Positions 31,785-44,359 of a stretch of 64,000 nucleotides of DNA are shown here, one piece after another. Origin of the DNA: a virus. Position numbers and translations under genes: made by a program. The stretch is from positions 1 through 64,000 of the IMG/VR virus record IMGVR_UViG_3300034683_000092. One strand, 5' to 3'. Each line of letters begins with the position of its first letter. Within the stretch, counting starts at the first letter, position 1. Below the pieces are notes generated by a model. That model did not search any database, was not told where the DNA came from, and saw nothing but the letters and a program-made list of their open reading frames with translations.

Positions 31785-31856
31785 GCTCAAATGGTGTAAC
31801 GGTTAGCACGCATGGCTTATATCCATGAAATCTAGGTTCAATTCCTATTTTGAGTA
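31785..31856 (+). tRNA. tRNA-Ile(TAT)
   Basis: GCTCAAA/TTTGAGT acceptor, GTGT/GCAC D stem, CATGG-CTTATAT-CCATG anticodon arm, TAGG-TTCAATT-CCTA. Confidence 0.85.
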
Positions 31857-34009
31857 CTAATTAATAATATTAAATAATAGTATTATGTTGAAAGTAATAA
31901 CAAAACTTTTAGGAATATCGATCAAGCTAAGTGCCACGCTAGCGATACCAGCACTAATTATTAGTATACCAGAACTAAATATAAATGCTTTTATTGTAAA
32001 AATAATACAAATAGGTTTTTTAATACCGTTTTCTATTGTTTGTGTATTTGTGTTTATTTTATTGATGCGTTTTGTATGGCAGAAATAATTAATAAATTGT
32101 ATTATGGAAGATGAAATAGTATCATTTGAGACGGCAATGCTTCTCAAAGAAAAAGGATTTAATGAGCCGTGTTCTTATTATTATGAAGATAATGAGCTAT
32201 GTAAATTAGGCTATTATCACGGTGAAGGCACTGGTTTTGTTCGTAATAATTCTCCTATAGATGGGAGGTTTCTATGTGAAAAAATGCAATGTACAGCTCC
32301 AACTCAATCGTTAGCTCAAAAATGGTTGAGAGAGACCCGTAATGTTACATTTAACGCTAATCCACATTCCAATGATGGGAAAATAATATATGTAGTAACT
32401 ATAAAAGTTATTTCAAGTAATAAATATGTTGATTTTAATGTAATGATGGATACTTCAAACAAAGCGACTATGTTTGATACTTACGAAGACGCAATTGAGT
32501 CAGGTTTAAAGCATTGTTTAAAATCTATTTAATATGATAGCAACAAAAGGATTATTAACAGTAGATGAGCAAATAGAAATTTTAAAGTTGGCAAAGAAAA
32601 GATTGCCTAATTTAAGTTGGCCGTGCAATAGTGCTGGGATTTGTTTAGCGATAAAAAAGACTCTATTTGATAAAGGCGAAAGGCTATATAATACTGCTTG
32701 TTTTTCTGGAATAGAAAGCCTAATACCGTCTTTTACACGAGAAAACGCTATTTTGTCAAGAATAGGCGAAATTGGATCTAGTGCATATTGGTGGGAAACT
32801 GAATTGTCAAAAGGAGGATTAACTAACCGTTTAGCTTTTCTCGATTGGTTAATTAATGAATTAGAAAAGTCAAAAACAATTAAATAACTACGCATTTACT
32901 AAAAATAAATCAAATGAAAACAGATAATTACAAATTAGCTTTATTTGTCCCAGAAAAAGAGTCACAAATGCCTTGCGATAAATGCCCTATAGATGACATT
33001 TGTCACGCCTATAATTCATATTTAGTTTATAACGAAATGGAGAATGGCAATAACAATCTTTTAGATCAATGTCTAAGAGAGTGTTTTAATGATACAGATT
33101 GTTTAATACCTGTTTTACATTAATACTTTATTATGCATTTATTCGTAAAAGAAGGATACCATGATATTATATATATTGGTACTAAAATAAACGGATCTAT
33201 GGCTAGAGCTTATGCTGGTTGCTTTAGATATTGCAATAAATATCAAATACGCCATTTTGATTTTATATTTAATTATGAAAGAAAAGGCTTAAAATGTATT
33301 GATATTGGTGGATTTGGAGCTGACCTGTCTAAACGAATAGCTGATATTTGCGATAAAGAACTACAGGTGACTAAATTGATTGTTAATTTCATAGAGTCTA
33401 ATAAATCATCTAGGATTAGATTTGATAAAAATGTAATTAGAAAGAATGACCATCTATTGCTTTACACAATAAACGATTACGCTGGTGAAAAGCTTTTTAT
33501 TACATTTATAGATAACGAACGTCAATTCTATTTTAATCTAACATACAGCAAGCAAGAACGAAGACTCTATAAATGTGATTTGGAGAGTCTTAACAAACAA
33601 GATTTTGGCAACATCTTACTTTTAGATGACTCTGTTTATTCAGAAATAAAGGATTTAATAACTCCGCAATTTCTAAAAGATAGAGATTTCTTAAATGAAT
33701 TAGTTCTTAGACTTGCATGTTTTGCTAAGGATGACTACAATGGTCTAGGTAGATTTAGATTATAACTTAAAATAATAAACTATGAATGTTAAATACTATG
33801 ACATAGTACTTATAATAGTACAAGTAATTCTTATAATAGCCCATCTTAATACTAGCGGGTTTGCTGAAGCTTTGATATTAATAGCACAAGCAATCCTTTT
33901 GCTTATGCAATGTACTATGCGTCCAAATGGGTGTGAGGATAAATAATTAACCTTTTATATTTCAGGATTTTGCACTTTTTGCCATTATAATTAAAAAGTG
34001 CTTTAAAAT

Positions 34010-34113
34010 GGAGAAGTGGCGGAATTGGTATACAGCAGTAGATTGACGGAAGCACCCTAAAGTCGTCGTAAATAATTAGCTTGGGTTTGCAGGTTCGACT
34101 CCTGCCTTCTCCC
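34010..34113 (+). ncRNA. tRNA-like RNA: Leu-type acceptor, D and T arms with a non-canonical expanded centre
   Basis: GGAGAAG/CTTCTCC, TGGCGGAATTGGTATAC, GCAGG-TTCGACT-CCTGC; no 5-bp/7-nt anticodon arm. Confidence 0.7.
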
Positions 34114-34640
34114 CAAACAATAATTAAAAACATAGATTATGAAAGAACTAAAAGTTGATCTTTTTAATTCAAAGAAAGAGAAATTAGAAACTTCTATTGA
34201 GTTGTCTAAATTCAATATATTTGTTGGTAGTGATTTTTATAATATTAGAACAATTATTAGAAATGCCAGGATAGAAGACTCTGTTTATGGATATGGGGAT
34301 TTCGGATCTTCTAACTGTATATCAGAGCATAAAAGTCTTGTATATGAATTCGTCAAGCATTATTCTGATAGAAACAAAATAGCTGTAATACATACAGAAA
34401 GCCAGTTTGTGTTATACGCATTTAACAATTTAATATTTAATTATATTGTTAAAGATAAAATGCCTGCTAATTTAAGAGGTGAGATGACGTGTAAGGACAT
34501 TATGATAGACCCTAAAGATATTAGGATTTATCAAGTAGAAAACGGGGTTGTTACACGCATTCAAAATAAAGATGGTCTAATTGAACATAATTGTTTTGAT
34601 AGCGAGATGAACATCATAATGAATGACTTTTATAAAATGA

Positions 34641-35081
34641 TTGATTATTATGAGTGATACAATTGTATTAAATGGTATAGCTTGGGATAAAGAGAATCTT
34701 GAAGTTAACGGACAAACTCATTTTACTTACAAAGAGGCTAAAAGGGAAGCCGCTAAATTAAATAAAAGGCTTCCCACTATTAAAGAAGTTAAACAACTTT
34801 TAAAATTGCCTTATACCTGGGACGACAGCAAAATGGGCATTAGATTTGCAGCAGAAAAAGAGAATTTAACAACTGAAAATCATTTATTTCTGCCAGTTAA
34901 AGGCTATATAGTTGAACATAGCATTGTAAGAAATGCGAGTTTATTTGGCGTATATTGGACTTCGACATCTAATGATTCTTCACTAGCAAAATTCTTCGGT
35001 TTTTCAAAACAAAGCCGTTATACGAATGTTTATTACAGATATGGACGTTTTACTGTTAGATGTGTTACAGATATAAAATAA
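34641..35081 (+). CDS. FISUMP/DUF1566-like (C-type-lectin-like fold) protein
   Basis: RLPT..E...L, LFLP..GY, G.YWTST and VRCV motifs. Confidence 0.65.
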   Translation: MIIMSDTIVLNGIAWDKENLEVNGQTHFTYKEAKREAAKLNKRLPTIKEVKQLLKLPYTWDDSKMGIRFAAEKENLTTENHLFLPVKGYIVEHSIVRNASLFGVYWTSTSNDSSLAKFFGFSKQSRYTNVYYRYGRFTVRCVTDIK

Positions 35082-38000
35082 TAATATGGAAACAAATCAA
35101 GAAATAGAATTCAATATTCCAGAAGGATATGTGATAGATAGTAGTAAAAGCACTGAAAACAAAATAGTGTGCAAACCTATTGAACCACAGTATCCTAAAT
35201 TATGGGAAGACGTATTTTGGGCAAAGCCAATATCAGGGTTTGATATTAAACTTTACAACAGTGATATTAGAAGTGCAACGAGCCGTGAAAAAGCACTTTT
35301 TAAAACTGAAAAGCAAGCTGCATCCTCTTTAGCATATGCTCAATTAACTCAACTAATGGCATTGCCATGTTATAATGGAGATTGGACACCTTGTTGGAAT
35401 AGTGACCAGATTAAATATTGTATTGTAAGATATGATGATGAAATTGTAGTAGATGAAATGTTCCATAATTTTGAATTTCTAGCTTTTAAATCTAAAGAAG
35501 CTAGAGATGTTTTTTTAGAAAATCATTTAGATTTAATTGACAAATTCCATCAATTATGACAACTGGTAAAAAGCTAATTAGCACAATGGATAATTCTGGA
35601 TTTGCTGTATTCCGCACAAAAACATGGGGAACAAGAGATTATCAATCTGATCGTAAGAAACGAATTAGAAAGATAGTTTCTAAAAAACTTAGAGTTTATC
35701 TAAAACGTGATTTAAATAAAATTATAAATGAGTAATTGGTCGTACTTTAATGCTATAATATTAGTAAGCTCTTATAAAGAGTTGCCTGATTTTGAGAAAA
35801 TCATAGAAGACATGATTGAACAAGCCCCTCCTGTAACTGGTAGTGAGGGAAATTGCTCAATTCACGTTGTTGATTATTTCAAAAATGTATCAACAAATAT
35901 GGACTGTAGGAGATGCCCACATTTGAATTTATATTATGGACTTCCATTTGAAGATGGTAGCCTTGATAAAAAAGGGTGTCCTGGTGCTCCTCTTGCTACG
36001 GCTAAACATCGCAAAATGTGCATAGCAGGAGAATACATCGGCTCTTGCAAAGTTGTTATTACAGATAACAATGGGTTGAGAGATAAAACTAAAGAAGAAA
36101 CTGTTAAAGAGTTTAAGGATTTAATTAAACACATGAAATCTTATAGAAATAAACTCTTTGAGATAACTGTTATATGTAAAAACATAGAATAATAATAAAA
36201 TGAATTTATCAATCGGTGAATATAAACTACCAATCGGCTACACAGCTGTAGTTGAAGATGGTAAAATCGTTGTTATAGAAAAGCAAAATTATAAGCCAAC
36301 ACCAGGTGATTTGCTTTATATAGAATATAACGATTGGTGCGATGACGAACAAAAAATGCTAGCTATATTCGTTAGAGAAAGAAGCGATGGAAGCGGCATT
36401 ATTAAAGCCCAATTGCACTTAGAGAGTGGTAAGCTTGAAGCGAATCCAAATACAGAGTGCACACTATTAGATTATAAAAACAAATCTAGATTTGCCAATA
36501 ACGACGAAAGAATGCTTTATTCTAATAAGCTTAATGAAAATAAGCTTAGGCTAAAAGCTAAGAACTTATTAATACTACCTGAGTGGCAAAAAGGTTGTTT
36601 TTTAACTTCTTATGATGGCAATACAACCGTTGTAGTAAAGAGGGTTGCTGACGGAGGTGTTGTGGCTATTGTTGGGTATGATAAAAAGAACCATATTGTT
36701 CTTAATGCGTATGTAGGAGAGTTGTATTGTTTTAGGCGCTCTACTGAAGACGAAATTATGTCTTTGTTACAAAACCTGTATAATAATAAAATAGTTTATG
36801 ATAATTCTACTAAGTCAATTAGAAGATTACCACGTTTTGAGTTAGGGGAAATCGTTGTACTTGATAGAATCCATAGGATTTGCATCGTAGTAAGTCATGA
36901 TTTAAACAAAGACACCTTTACTGGATACAATCCACACGCTGGCTATATGACACAATTGAATTATGATGACTTTCATAGAGCTTCAAATGATGTATATTCG
37001 TGTGAGTTGTTTAATCTAGACATGGATTTAAAAGGTTTTCGCTGGAATCCAGATACAAAAAAGATAGAACGTATTATTTGGGCTCCAAAGTCTGGAGAAG
37101 AGTTTTATTATATAGACATGTATTTTGGTTTGATAAAAAGAACAAACTACGATACGTCAGATGTTGTTACGAGGCTAATAGAAGCAGGTAATTGCTTTAA
37201 AGATGAGAAAGAAGCAGAATCTGTTTTAGATAAAATTAAAAACGTATTTGAACAAAGGAGAGCTTTATGAAATATTTAAATATAGCAGCTATTGTGTTTG
37301 GAGTTATAACGGTTGCCCTAGCAGTCTATGGCGTCATGTTTAAACATCCATTATGCGTATCGCTAATGCCAGCCTTTGGATTGGCTACAGTGATTTTAGA
37401 ACTAATTATTTTAAAGATTAGAGATGATTAAAATTATTCTTGTAGTAATAATGATTTTAGCAATAACATTTTACTATTTAATAAAAAGCGAATTGGGGAA
37501 ACTCATATTAGCTATATTGATATTCCTTATTATATTAGGGATTTATTTTATTTAATTTAAAAACTAAAGACAATGAGAAAAAGATTTAAGCAATCCGTTA
37601 TAGCTAGTAGTGAAAACTACAATGCTAAAAAGACATCACATTTATTGATGTTGCAACAAAATAGAGAGGCAAATAAAGAGTTCTTAGACAAGATGTTGAG
37701 TACTGCTGTACATAAACCAGTTAGTGATATTCAATCGTTTGAGAATGGTTTAAAAGCCCAAATAGAACGATTTAGGCAATCAAGACAAGCGGCATGTTGA
37801 TACCTGATTTTATATCGCACGTAGCTATTATTATAATATTTTGCTGCGGTATTATTGTGTGTTATAAGTATAGTAGTTTGGATAATTCCAAGAAAAAACA
37901 GTCTTTGCCTCTTGACCTACAGTTAAAAGTGCTAAAAATGGCTAAAAGTAGAATGATGGAAGCACCACATACATATTTCCTATGCGCATGTATATCTAGT

Positions 38001-38751
38001 GCTTTATATGATTGTGATCTTTATAATTCTATCCAAAATCAAATACCAGTATTTTGTAGAAAAAATGCTATTATTTATGGGAATGCGCAAGGCAATAGTT
38101 TGTATTGGTGGCCGCTAACTTTAGCTGGTAAAGAGGATAGAATAAAGTTTTTAGACTGGTGTATTAGCCAAGTTGAATTGCAAATTAAATATGAAACCCA
38201 AAAGAATAAAAGGTTTTATCGTAAATGGTTTAAATAATGAGTTATAAAAATATTTTCATTTGTTTTTCAGTAGTTTTGTTTACTATTATATTTGGATTAA
38301 AGTTATATGATGAAAAGTATGACTTTAAATCCAAATATATAGTTTATGAGAAATACGAACCGCATCGTTTGGAAAGTATAAATATGCATTCTGATGATAG
38401 CTTTAGTATCTCATACAGAACTAAATACGGATTAAAAGAAATTGAAGTAACAAAAGAATTGGTTGATTCAATTTGCGATGGTCAGATTGTGTTTATAAAA
38501 TATAAAATAGAAGACAAATGAGAAAGAGATTTAAGGTATTAAATGGGGTAAGATTCGAGATGGTTATGCGTGTTATTGACAAACGTATAATCGTAGCTCG
38601 ATAAACATAGATGATTGGTTTGGTTGATTAGGGTGCAAGTCATTGGATTGATTTGCATCCACTGTAGAAGTGATTACTATTTTTATTATTAATTATTAGG
38701 TAAGTTAAGGAGCTTCCCGCCGTGAAAATCGGTCATGATGATTAAAAATAG

Positions 38752-38794
38752 AACTACTGTATCACTTATCCACGTTTGTGATACAGTAGTTTTT
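38752..38794 (+). terminator. 14-bp perfect hairpin terminator
   Basis: AACTACTGTATCAC/GTGATACAGTAGTT followed by U run. Confidence 0.7.
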
Positions 38795-41700
38795 CATAAA
38801 AATACACTTTACTTATGAGCAAAAAGAAGAAAAACAAATTTAAGAAAAAACAATTTAACTTAAGAGAGAAAATTAGTGAGTACGTACATATAGTGCGTGA
38901 TATAAAAACTAAAGAGTATTCTCTTTTGTATAATTACAGCCAAAACAAAAACGCCAAAATACATTCATCTAAAAGTTTAGAAGAAATAGAAATGGCTAAA
39001 GAGATTTTTATTAATTCATTAATTTATAATATAAAAATAAGATGATTAATTTAGTTGCCAGTAACAAAGTAAAAGTAGGCGATGAGTTCTATTCACCTAT
39101 CTATGGTCGTAAAATAGGCGTAGTAGCCATTAATGACAAAGGACATATCTATTTTGGTGGTATGTGGCTTAACTCATTTGGTCAAAGGCTCAATCAAAAA
39201 GATGGAGAGCTTCTAATATTTCCTTCAAAGGATAATCGTGACTGGGGAAGTGAGTTTATTCCAGGGCAGAAAGTATTGGTTAAAAACAAAGAAGATGTGT
39301 TTTGGGCTGAAAGAGAATATGTGTCTACTAATGACAATTTACATAGAGTTAAAAACTATAAGATGTCAAGTGCTGGATCTGTGATAGTGTTTGAAACTTA
39401 TGAAGATATAAAACCGCATGATAAACTCATTTGATAAATTTGCTAATGTATATGCTCCCGATAAAATAAGGGAGCATACAAAATGGATTAACACTAAAAT
39501 AGATATTTCGTGTTTAAAATCGGCTAAAAGCATCAAGATAGAAGAATTTAATCTGCTTCCTCTTGTATCAGATGTAAATGATATTAAAGACTATAGATTT
39601 GCGTGGTACGAGAAAGGTCTTTATTTGTCTGAAAAAGACAAATCAATGCTAGATGATGACGAAATATATTTTAGATATATTCCATATAATGCGTTTTTTA
39701 ACACTGACTGTATAGCTTTATTTGCTAGAAATCATGAGAATGCATTGTGTACTGTAATGCTTGGTAAGCCAATAGCTAAACGTGGCGAGCCAATAATCTG
39801 GGTTTCAGATCAACTTTTTGAGGACGAATGTGCTTATGTAACAAAATATTATAAAACATGAAATCAATAGAGAAATTCAAAGAACAAAACGGTATCAAGG
39901 ATAATGGCTTACAAGAATTCTTTGAGCTGACTCTTACTTCTTATGATTTTAAAGAAGAGGTATCATTTGATGAAATTGGAGATCAGTATTATGATCTTAT
40001 AAACGAGAATCCAGAAGCTCGAATGTTAGACGAAAAAGACATTTTAGTACTTTTAAAAGCTGACGCAAAGCAGATAGATGGTTTTTTAGAGTTTAAAGAT
40101 CCAAACACAGAAAAGGTCTTATCGATACCAGTAAATGATACTCTTAATAAAAGAATGTTCAAGTATTGGGTGTCAGACGATGACGGCTTTAAACTAGCTA
40201 GAATCGTTATAGTAGATGGCAAGCTAAGAGCTAGATTCAGCGAGATACGTGATAATGATAAAGCTATATGTGTATTTGTCATTGGAGATGATTCTGTAAT
40301 ACAGGATTTTGAAGATTTTGAAGATTTTGAAGATTTACCATCTTAAATATAATTATGGAAATAGATAAATATTCAAAAGTCTCTGATTTTATACAAGGCG
40401 ATCAAGTCACGTTAGGAAATCAGCAATATGAATTCGTTGAATCCATTATGTCTTCGTGCTTTAGATGTGCGTTTTTTAATGACAACAAAAAATGCATGGC
40501 TTCTAGTGAGATAGGTAACTGTATTAAAGGTTACTTTAAGATATTGTCATCATATGGAAGCAACTCTATTGATGATAAGAAACAAATCAAATCAATTCAA
40601 AAATTTAAAAATGAATTTAAATGAATTAAGAGAAGATGAAATAAGAATTAAGGGAGTCAATTTTGATCCATCTTGTTCTTTGTATAGGCTAGCTGATAAT
40701 TATATAGCTTTTAAAAAGAAGGCTAAAGACCGTATTGAGAATGCTATAGAGTCTGAGAAGCCTATTTTCTGTATTATTCCAATAAATTTAATAAAGTTCT
40801 TTGCTCACTTTGCAAACAAACGCTTTTTAGAGTCATTGAGAAGAGCAGCTAGCTTATCAGTTAACGAATGTGCTGTTTTATTGTTTATTCCTTCTAAAAG
40901 GGAATTAGTAGTAGTGCCGTATCACTCTTTTGTTAATCATACTGCTATAGAAAAAGACTTTATAGAATTTCCTGTCGACTTAGTTCCTTTATATGTATAT
41001 AAGTATTTTATAGGAGAAACAAATTTTCACTCTTATATATATACTGGAACTGTCGAGCCAGAGTTTATTACACAAGATATTACTCGTGACGAAATTGGTG
41101 ATTTTGGCGATATGGTTGATTATAATTTTATAGCAACACATCACTTTCTTGGCTCTAACAAAATATCAATTATAAATCATTTAAAAAGTTTAATTGATAT
41201 TACTATGGAAGATCATCTTTTAAATAATGCTTTAGTTGAATTATATACTGCCGCAAAGACAGCTATAATCAATGAGCCAAAAACATTGCAGATATTTCAA
41301 AAAAGAGATGGTTATGGATGTATGTTAGTTAAATCAAAAGAAGAATATGATAATAAGAAATTTAAAAAAACAATTTAGAAACCTATGCTATTTAGAGCTA
41401 TGGTTAAGTGGTTTTGGGATAGACCCAAATGCTAATATTGATCTTTTTTGCGGGGGTGCTGACGGTATAAGAACTTTTTACCCCAAAAGGCTTTTTCAAA
41501 ACATAAGAGATAATATTATTTATACTCTTCCTGGTATATACAATCAGACAGGATTAGCTTATTGCGTTCTTAGAATAGATAGCCCTTTTTTAAGGATGCT
41601 AGGCATAACTCTTCCAGGCAATACGATGTATGTTGTATTAATGAAATTGCGTAGTTGTGAATCATTACTTCTAATAAGATTTACAAACGATAACGACGCT

Positions 41701-42609
41701 TATTTATTTGCTAGAGAGTTCTATGAGAACACTCATATAGAGCAGTCTGGCTTTATTAATATAGTAAATAACGGAGACTTCTTTATAGAAGAAGAAAATG
41801 TCGTTAAGGTCAATAAACCAAATGTTGTTGAATGCAATTTCGTGAAGAGAAAAATAGATAGTCTATCTCAAGATATTACATTCGATGAAATTGGAGATTT
41901 CGGCTTTGACAAAGAGAATCAATTTGATATTGGTCTTATGCCGAAAAACTACACAATTAAATGTGATGATTTCAAATCTTTGATTGATAAAATAAAGTTG
42001 TTAAATAACAATTTTATTTACAGAGATCTTAATTGTAATTACGTTTATGTCGGTATTAACTCAATGAAAAGAGTTCTTCCAGAAAACGAAGGGAAGTATA
42101 AATCTCTAAATCAACGAGAGCTATTCGCTATATTAAACTTTAATTCTGAAGAAGTTTTAGAGATAGAAAGAGCTGAACGATATAAGTTTTATTTAATAGA
42201 TAATCTTATTTATGGTACTAAGTATTCTGAAGATCTAGAAAAAGATAAAATTGAAGCAGACTGGTGCAACGATTTCACATATATTCCTAGATTAGAGTGT
42301 CAGCAATCTAAAGCCCTTAGAGAAAAGTTTGTTCCTAATATTATGGACGAAGTTGGGGCCGCTGAGGCTGAAAAAGTAAAAGTGAAGCCAGATGTTATTA
42401 AAATGGGAGTCGGTTTAAATGATAGAGCATTTTTTGACGAGGCTCATATAAAGGCTATACATGATGCTCAAAAAAAAGGAAGGCTAGATGTTCTTAGAAG
42501 GGCGGTTGGGCTAGATGCCGATATAGACAAACCGAATGCTCCAGAAGATGCGTTTGAGGCAAAGCCTAAAAAAGATGCTGATTGGTGGGACGCATTTTAA
42601 TATTAAAAG

Positions 42610-43170
42610 ATGATATTCGATTTCGATTATAAACTACTATCTAAATACAGTATCACATGTCGTGACTTAGCCGTGATGGTTGCGTTACTATATTCACCAA
42701 ATGGAATAAAAATAAGTGGATTCGATAGATTAATAATAAATGGCATTATTGAATATAATGAAGATGGTGATACAGCTTTCATAACAGAATATGGATGCAA
42801 ATTACTTGATTCTTTATCTAAAAGTGTTCATGCCGCTCAGTTCAATAAAGCTGAGATGGATGAATTTATTGAAAAACTTAGATCCATATTCCCATCTGGT
42901 AAGAAAGATGGTACTAATAAATACTGGAGAGATAATTCAGAAGCTATTGCGAAAAAGCTTAGGAATTTTATGAAGAGAAATCCAAAATACTCTCCAGATG
43001 AGATTTTAAAAGCCACAGAGAGATATGTAGAGTCCTTTCATGGGAATTATAGCTTAATGAGAATATTGCCTTATTTCATAGAGAAAGAGGGCAACTCAGA
43101 GCTATTAACGTTCCTTGAAGTAGACACCTCTACTGGTGGCGAGTATATGAACATTCAACAAATGATTTAG
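42610..43170 (+). CDS. Putative replication initiator / helicase-loader-like protein
   Basis: N-terminal wHTH-like region, LR.IFP.GKK.GT..YWR motif, directly upstream of dnaB. Confidence 0.5.
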   Translation: MIFDFDYKLLSKYSITCRDLAVMVALLYSPNGIKISGFDRLIINGIIEYNEDGDTAFITEYGCKLLDSLSKSVHAAQFNKAEMDEFIEKLRSIFPSGKKDGTNKYWRDNSEAIAKKLRNFMKRNPKYSPDEILKATERYVESFHGNYSLMRILPYFIEKEGNSELLTFLEVDTSTGGEYMNIQQMI

Positions 43171-43171
43171 A

Positions 43172-44359
43172 ATGATTGAAGAAGTCATACAAAATCTATA
43201 TGAAAAGCGTGCTAGAATACTAGATGGTAAGACTAACTGTATACCATGCCCATTTATGCGATTTAGAGAAGTGTGGCCTGGCATAGAAAGGAAGAAATAC
43301 TATATAGTAACTGGTCAGCAGAAGTCTGGGAAGACTCAATTTACAGATTATACATTTTTATACGAACCGCTTAAATACGCATACAGAAATCCAGATAAAG
43401 TCAGGGTTAAAATATTCTATTTCAGCCTAGAGATGAGTGCTGAGGAGAAACTACAGCAGTTAATATCTCATTTGCTATATATAAAAAGCAAAGGAGCAAC
43501 AGTTGTGTCTCCAACAGATCTTAGATCTACTAGAGAGGATAAGCCAGTGGAAAAAGAGATTCTTGATGAGATTTCAAAACCAGAATATATGAATTTCATG
43601 AAATTCTTTGAAGAGCATGTAACAATTATCTCTGATATTAGAAATCCAACTGGCATTTACAAGTTTATGGAAAACTATGCAAAGAACTCTGGTACTATTT
43701 TTAAAAAAGAATTAGAAATAGTCAATTCGTCTACTAAAGAGAGGATTACTCAATCAGTATTTTCTCATTATGTGCCAAACGATGAAGACGAATATGTTAT
43801 TTGTATTGTAGACCATATATCTTTATTATCTCAAGAAACTGGATTGTCGCTACACGAGACAATAAGTAAATTGTCGGCAGATTACTTTGTTAAACTAAGG
43901 AATTACTACTCTTTTATACCAGTAGTCGTTCAACAGCAAGCAATTGCTGGTGAATCAGACCAAAATGTAAAAGATAATAGGTTATTTCCAACGGTTAGCA
44001 ATCTTGCGGAAAATAAATTGACAAGTCGCGACGCCAATAGCATGTTTGGACTTTATTCTCCATTTAGACATAACATAGCAAAACATGAGGGATATGACAT
44101 CTCTGTATTTAGAGATAATATACGATTTATGGAGCTTATGATAAGTAGAGATGGTGGAGCTGGTTCAGTATGCCCTTTATTTTTTAATGGAGCAGTCAAT
44201 TACTTCGCAGAGATGCCAAGAGTTGACAACAAACAAGAGTTAGACAAAATGTATAAACTTACTGATCATTATAGAAAAAAGATCAGAGTTAATTTATTTA
44301 ATTATTTTTTAAAAACAAAGAAACGAAATGGGAGTATCAGTAGCAATCGTAGGCCCTAG
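43172..44359 (+). CDS. dnaB: DnaB-like replicative helicase
   Basis: GQQKSGKT, YFSLEMS, IVDHISLL, VVQQQ and SRDG motifs. Confidence 0.85.
   Translation: MIEEVIQNLYEKRARILDGKTNCIPCPFMRFREVWPGIERKKYYIVTGQQKSGKTQFTDYTFLYEPLKYAYRNPDKVRVKIFYFSLEMSAEEKLQQLISHLLYIKSKGATVVSPTDLRSTREDKPVEKEILDEISKPEYMNFMKFFEEHVTIISDIRNPTGIYKFMENYAKNSGTIFKKELEIVNSSTKERITQSVFSHYVPNDEDEYVICIVDHISLLSQETGLSLHETISKLSADYFVKLRNYYSFIPVVVQQQAIAGESDQNVKDNRLFPTVSNLAENKLTSRDANSMFGLYSPFRHNIAKHEGYDISVFRDNIRFMELMISRDGGAGSVCPLFFNGAVNYFAEMPRVDNKQELDKMYKLTDHYRKKIRVNLFNYFLKTKKRNGSISSNRRP

Larger units (their letters stand above)
28623..42600 (+). other. Array of about 30 small plus-strand early/host-takeover ORFs, mostly hypothetical (e.g. 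28623, 29088, 29319, 29791, 30172, 30552, 30932, 31251, 32104, 32534, 33133, 34139, 35086, 35728, 36200, 37573, 37794, 38237, 38815, 39042, 39418, 39858, 40355, 40554, 41347)
   Basis: Head-to-tail packing on the + strand with A-rich leaders and no recognisable catalytic motifs. Confidence 0.8.

Noticed and set aside
34641-35081. Second DGR target or template repeat
   Set aside because: CLec-like fold, but no NNY/GCG codon pattern and no similarity to positions 1-150; no AAY-rich template or RT seen anywhere in the window
38766-38774. DnaA box (TTATCCACG)
   Set aside because: Single imperfect copy inside a terminator loop
40305-40337. 9-bp tandem repeat GATTTTGAA x3
   Set aside because: Simple in-frame slippage encoding an acidic DFE tail; no sign of phase variation
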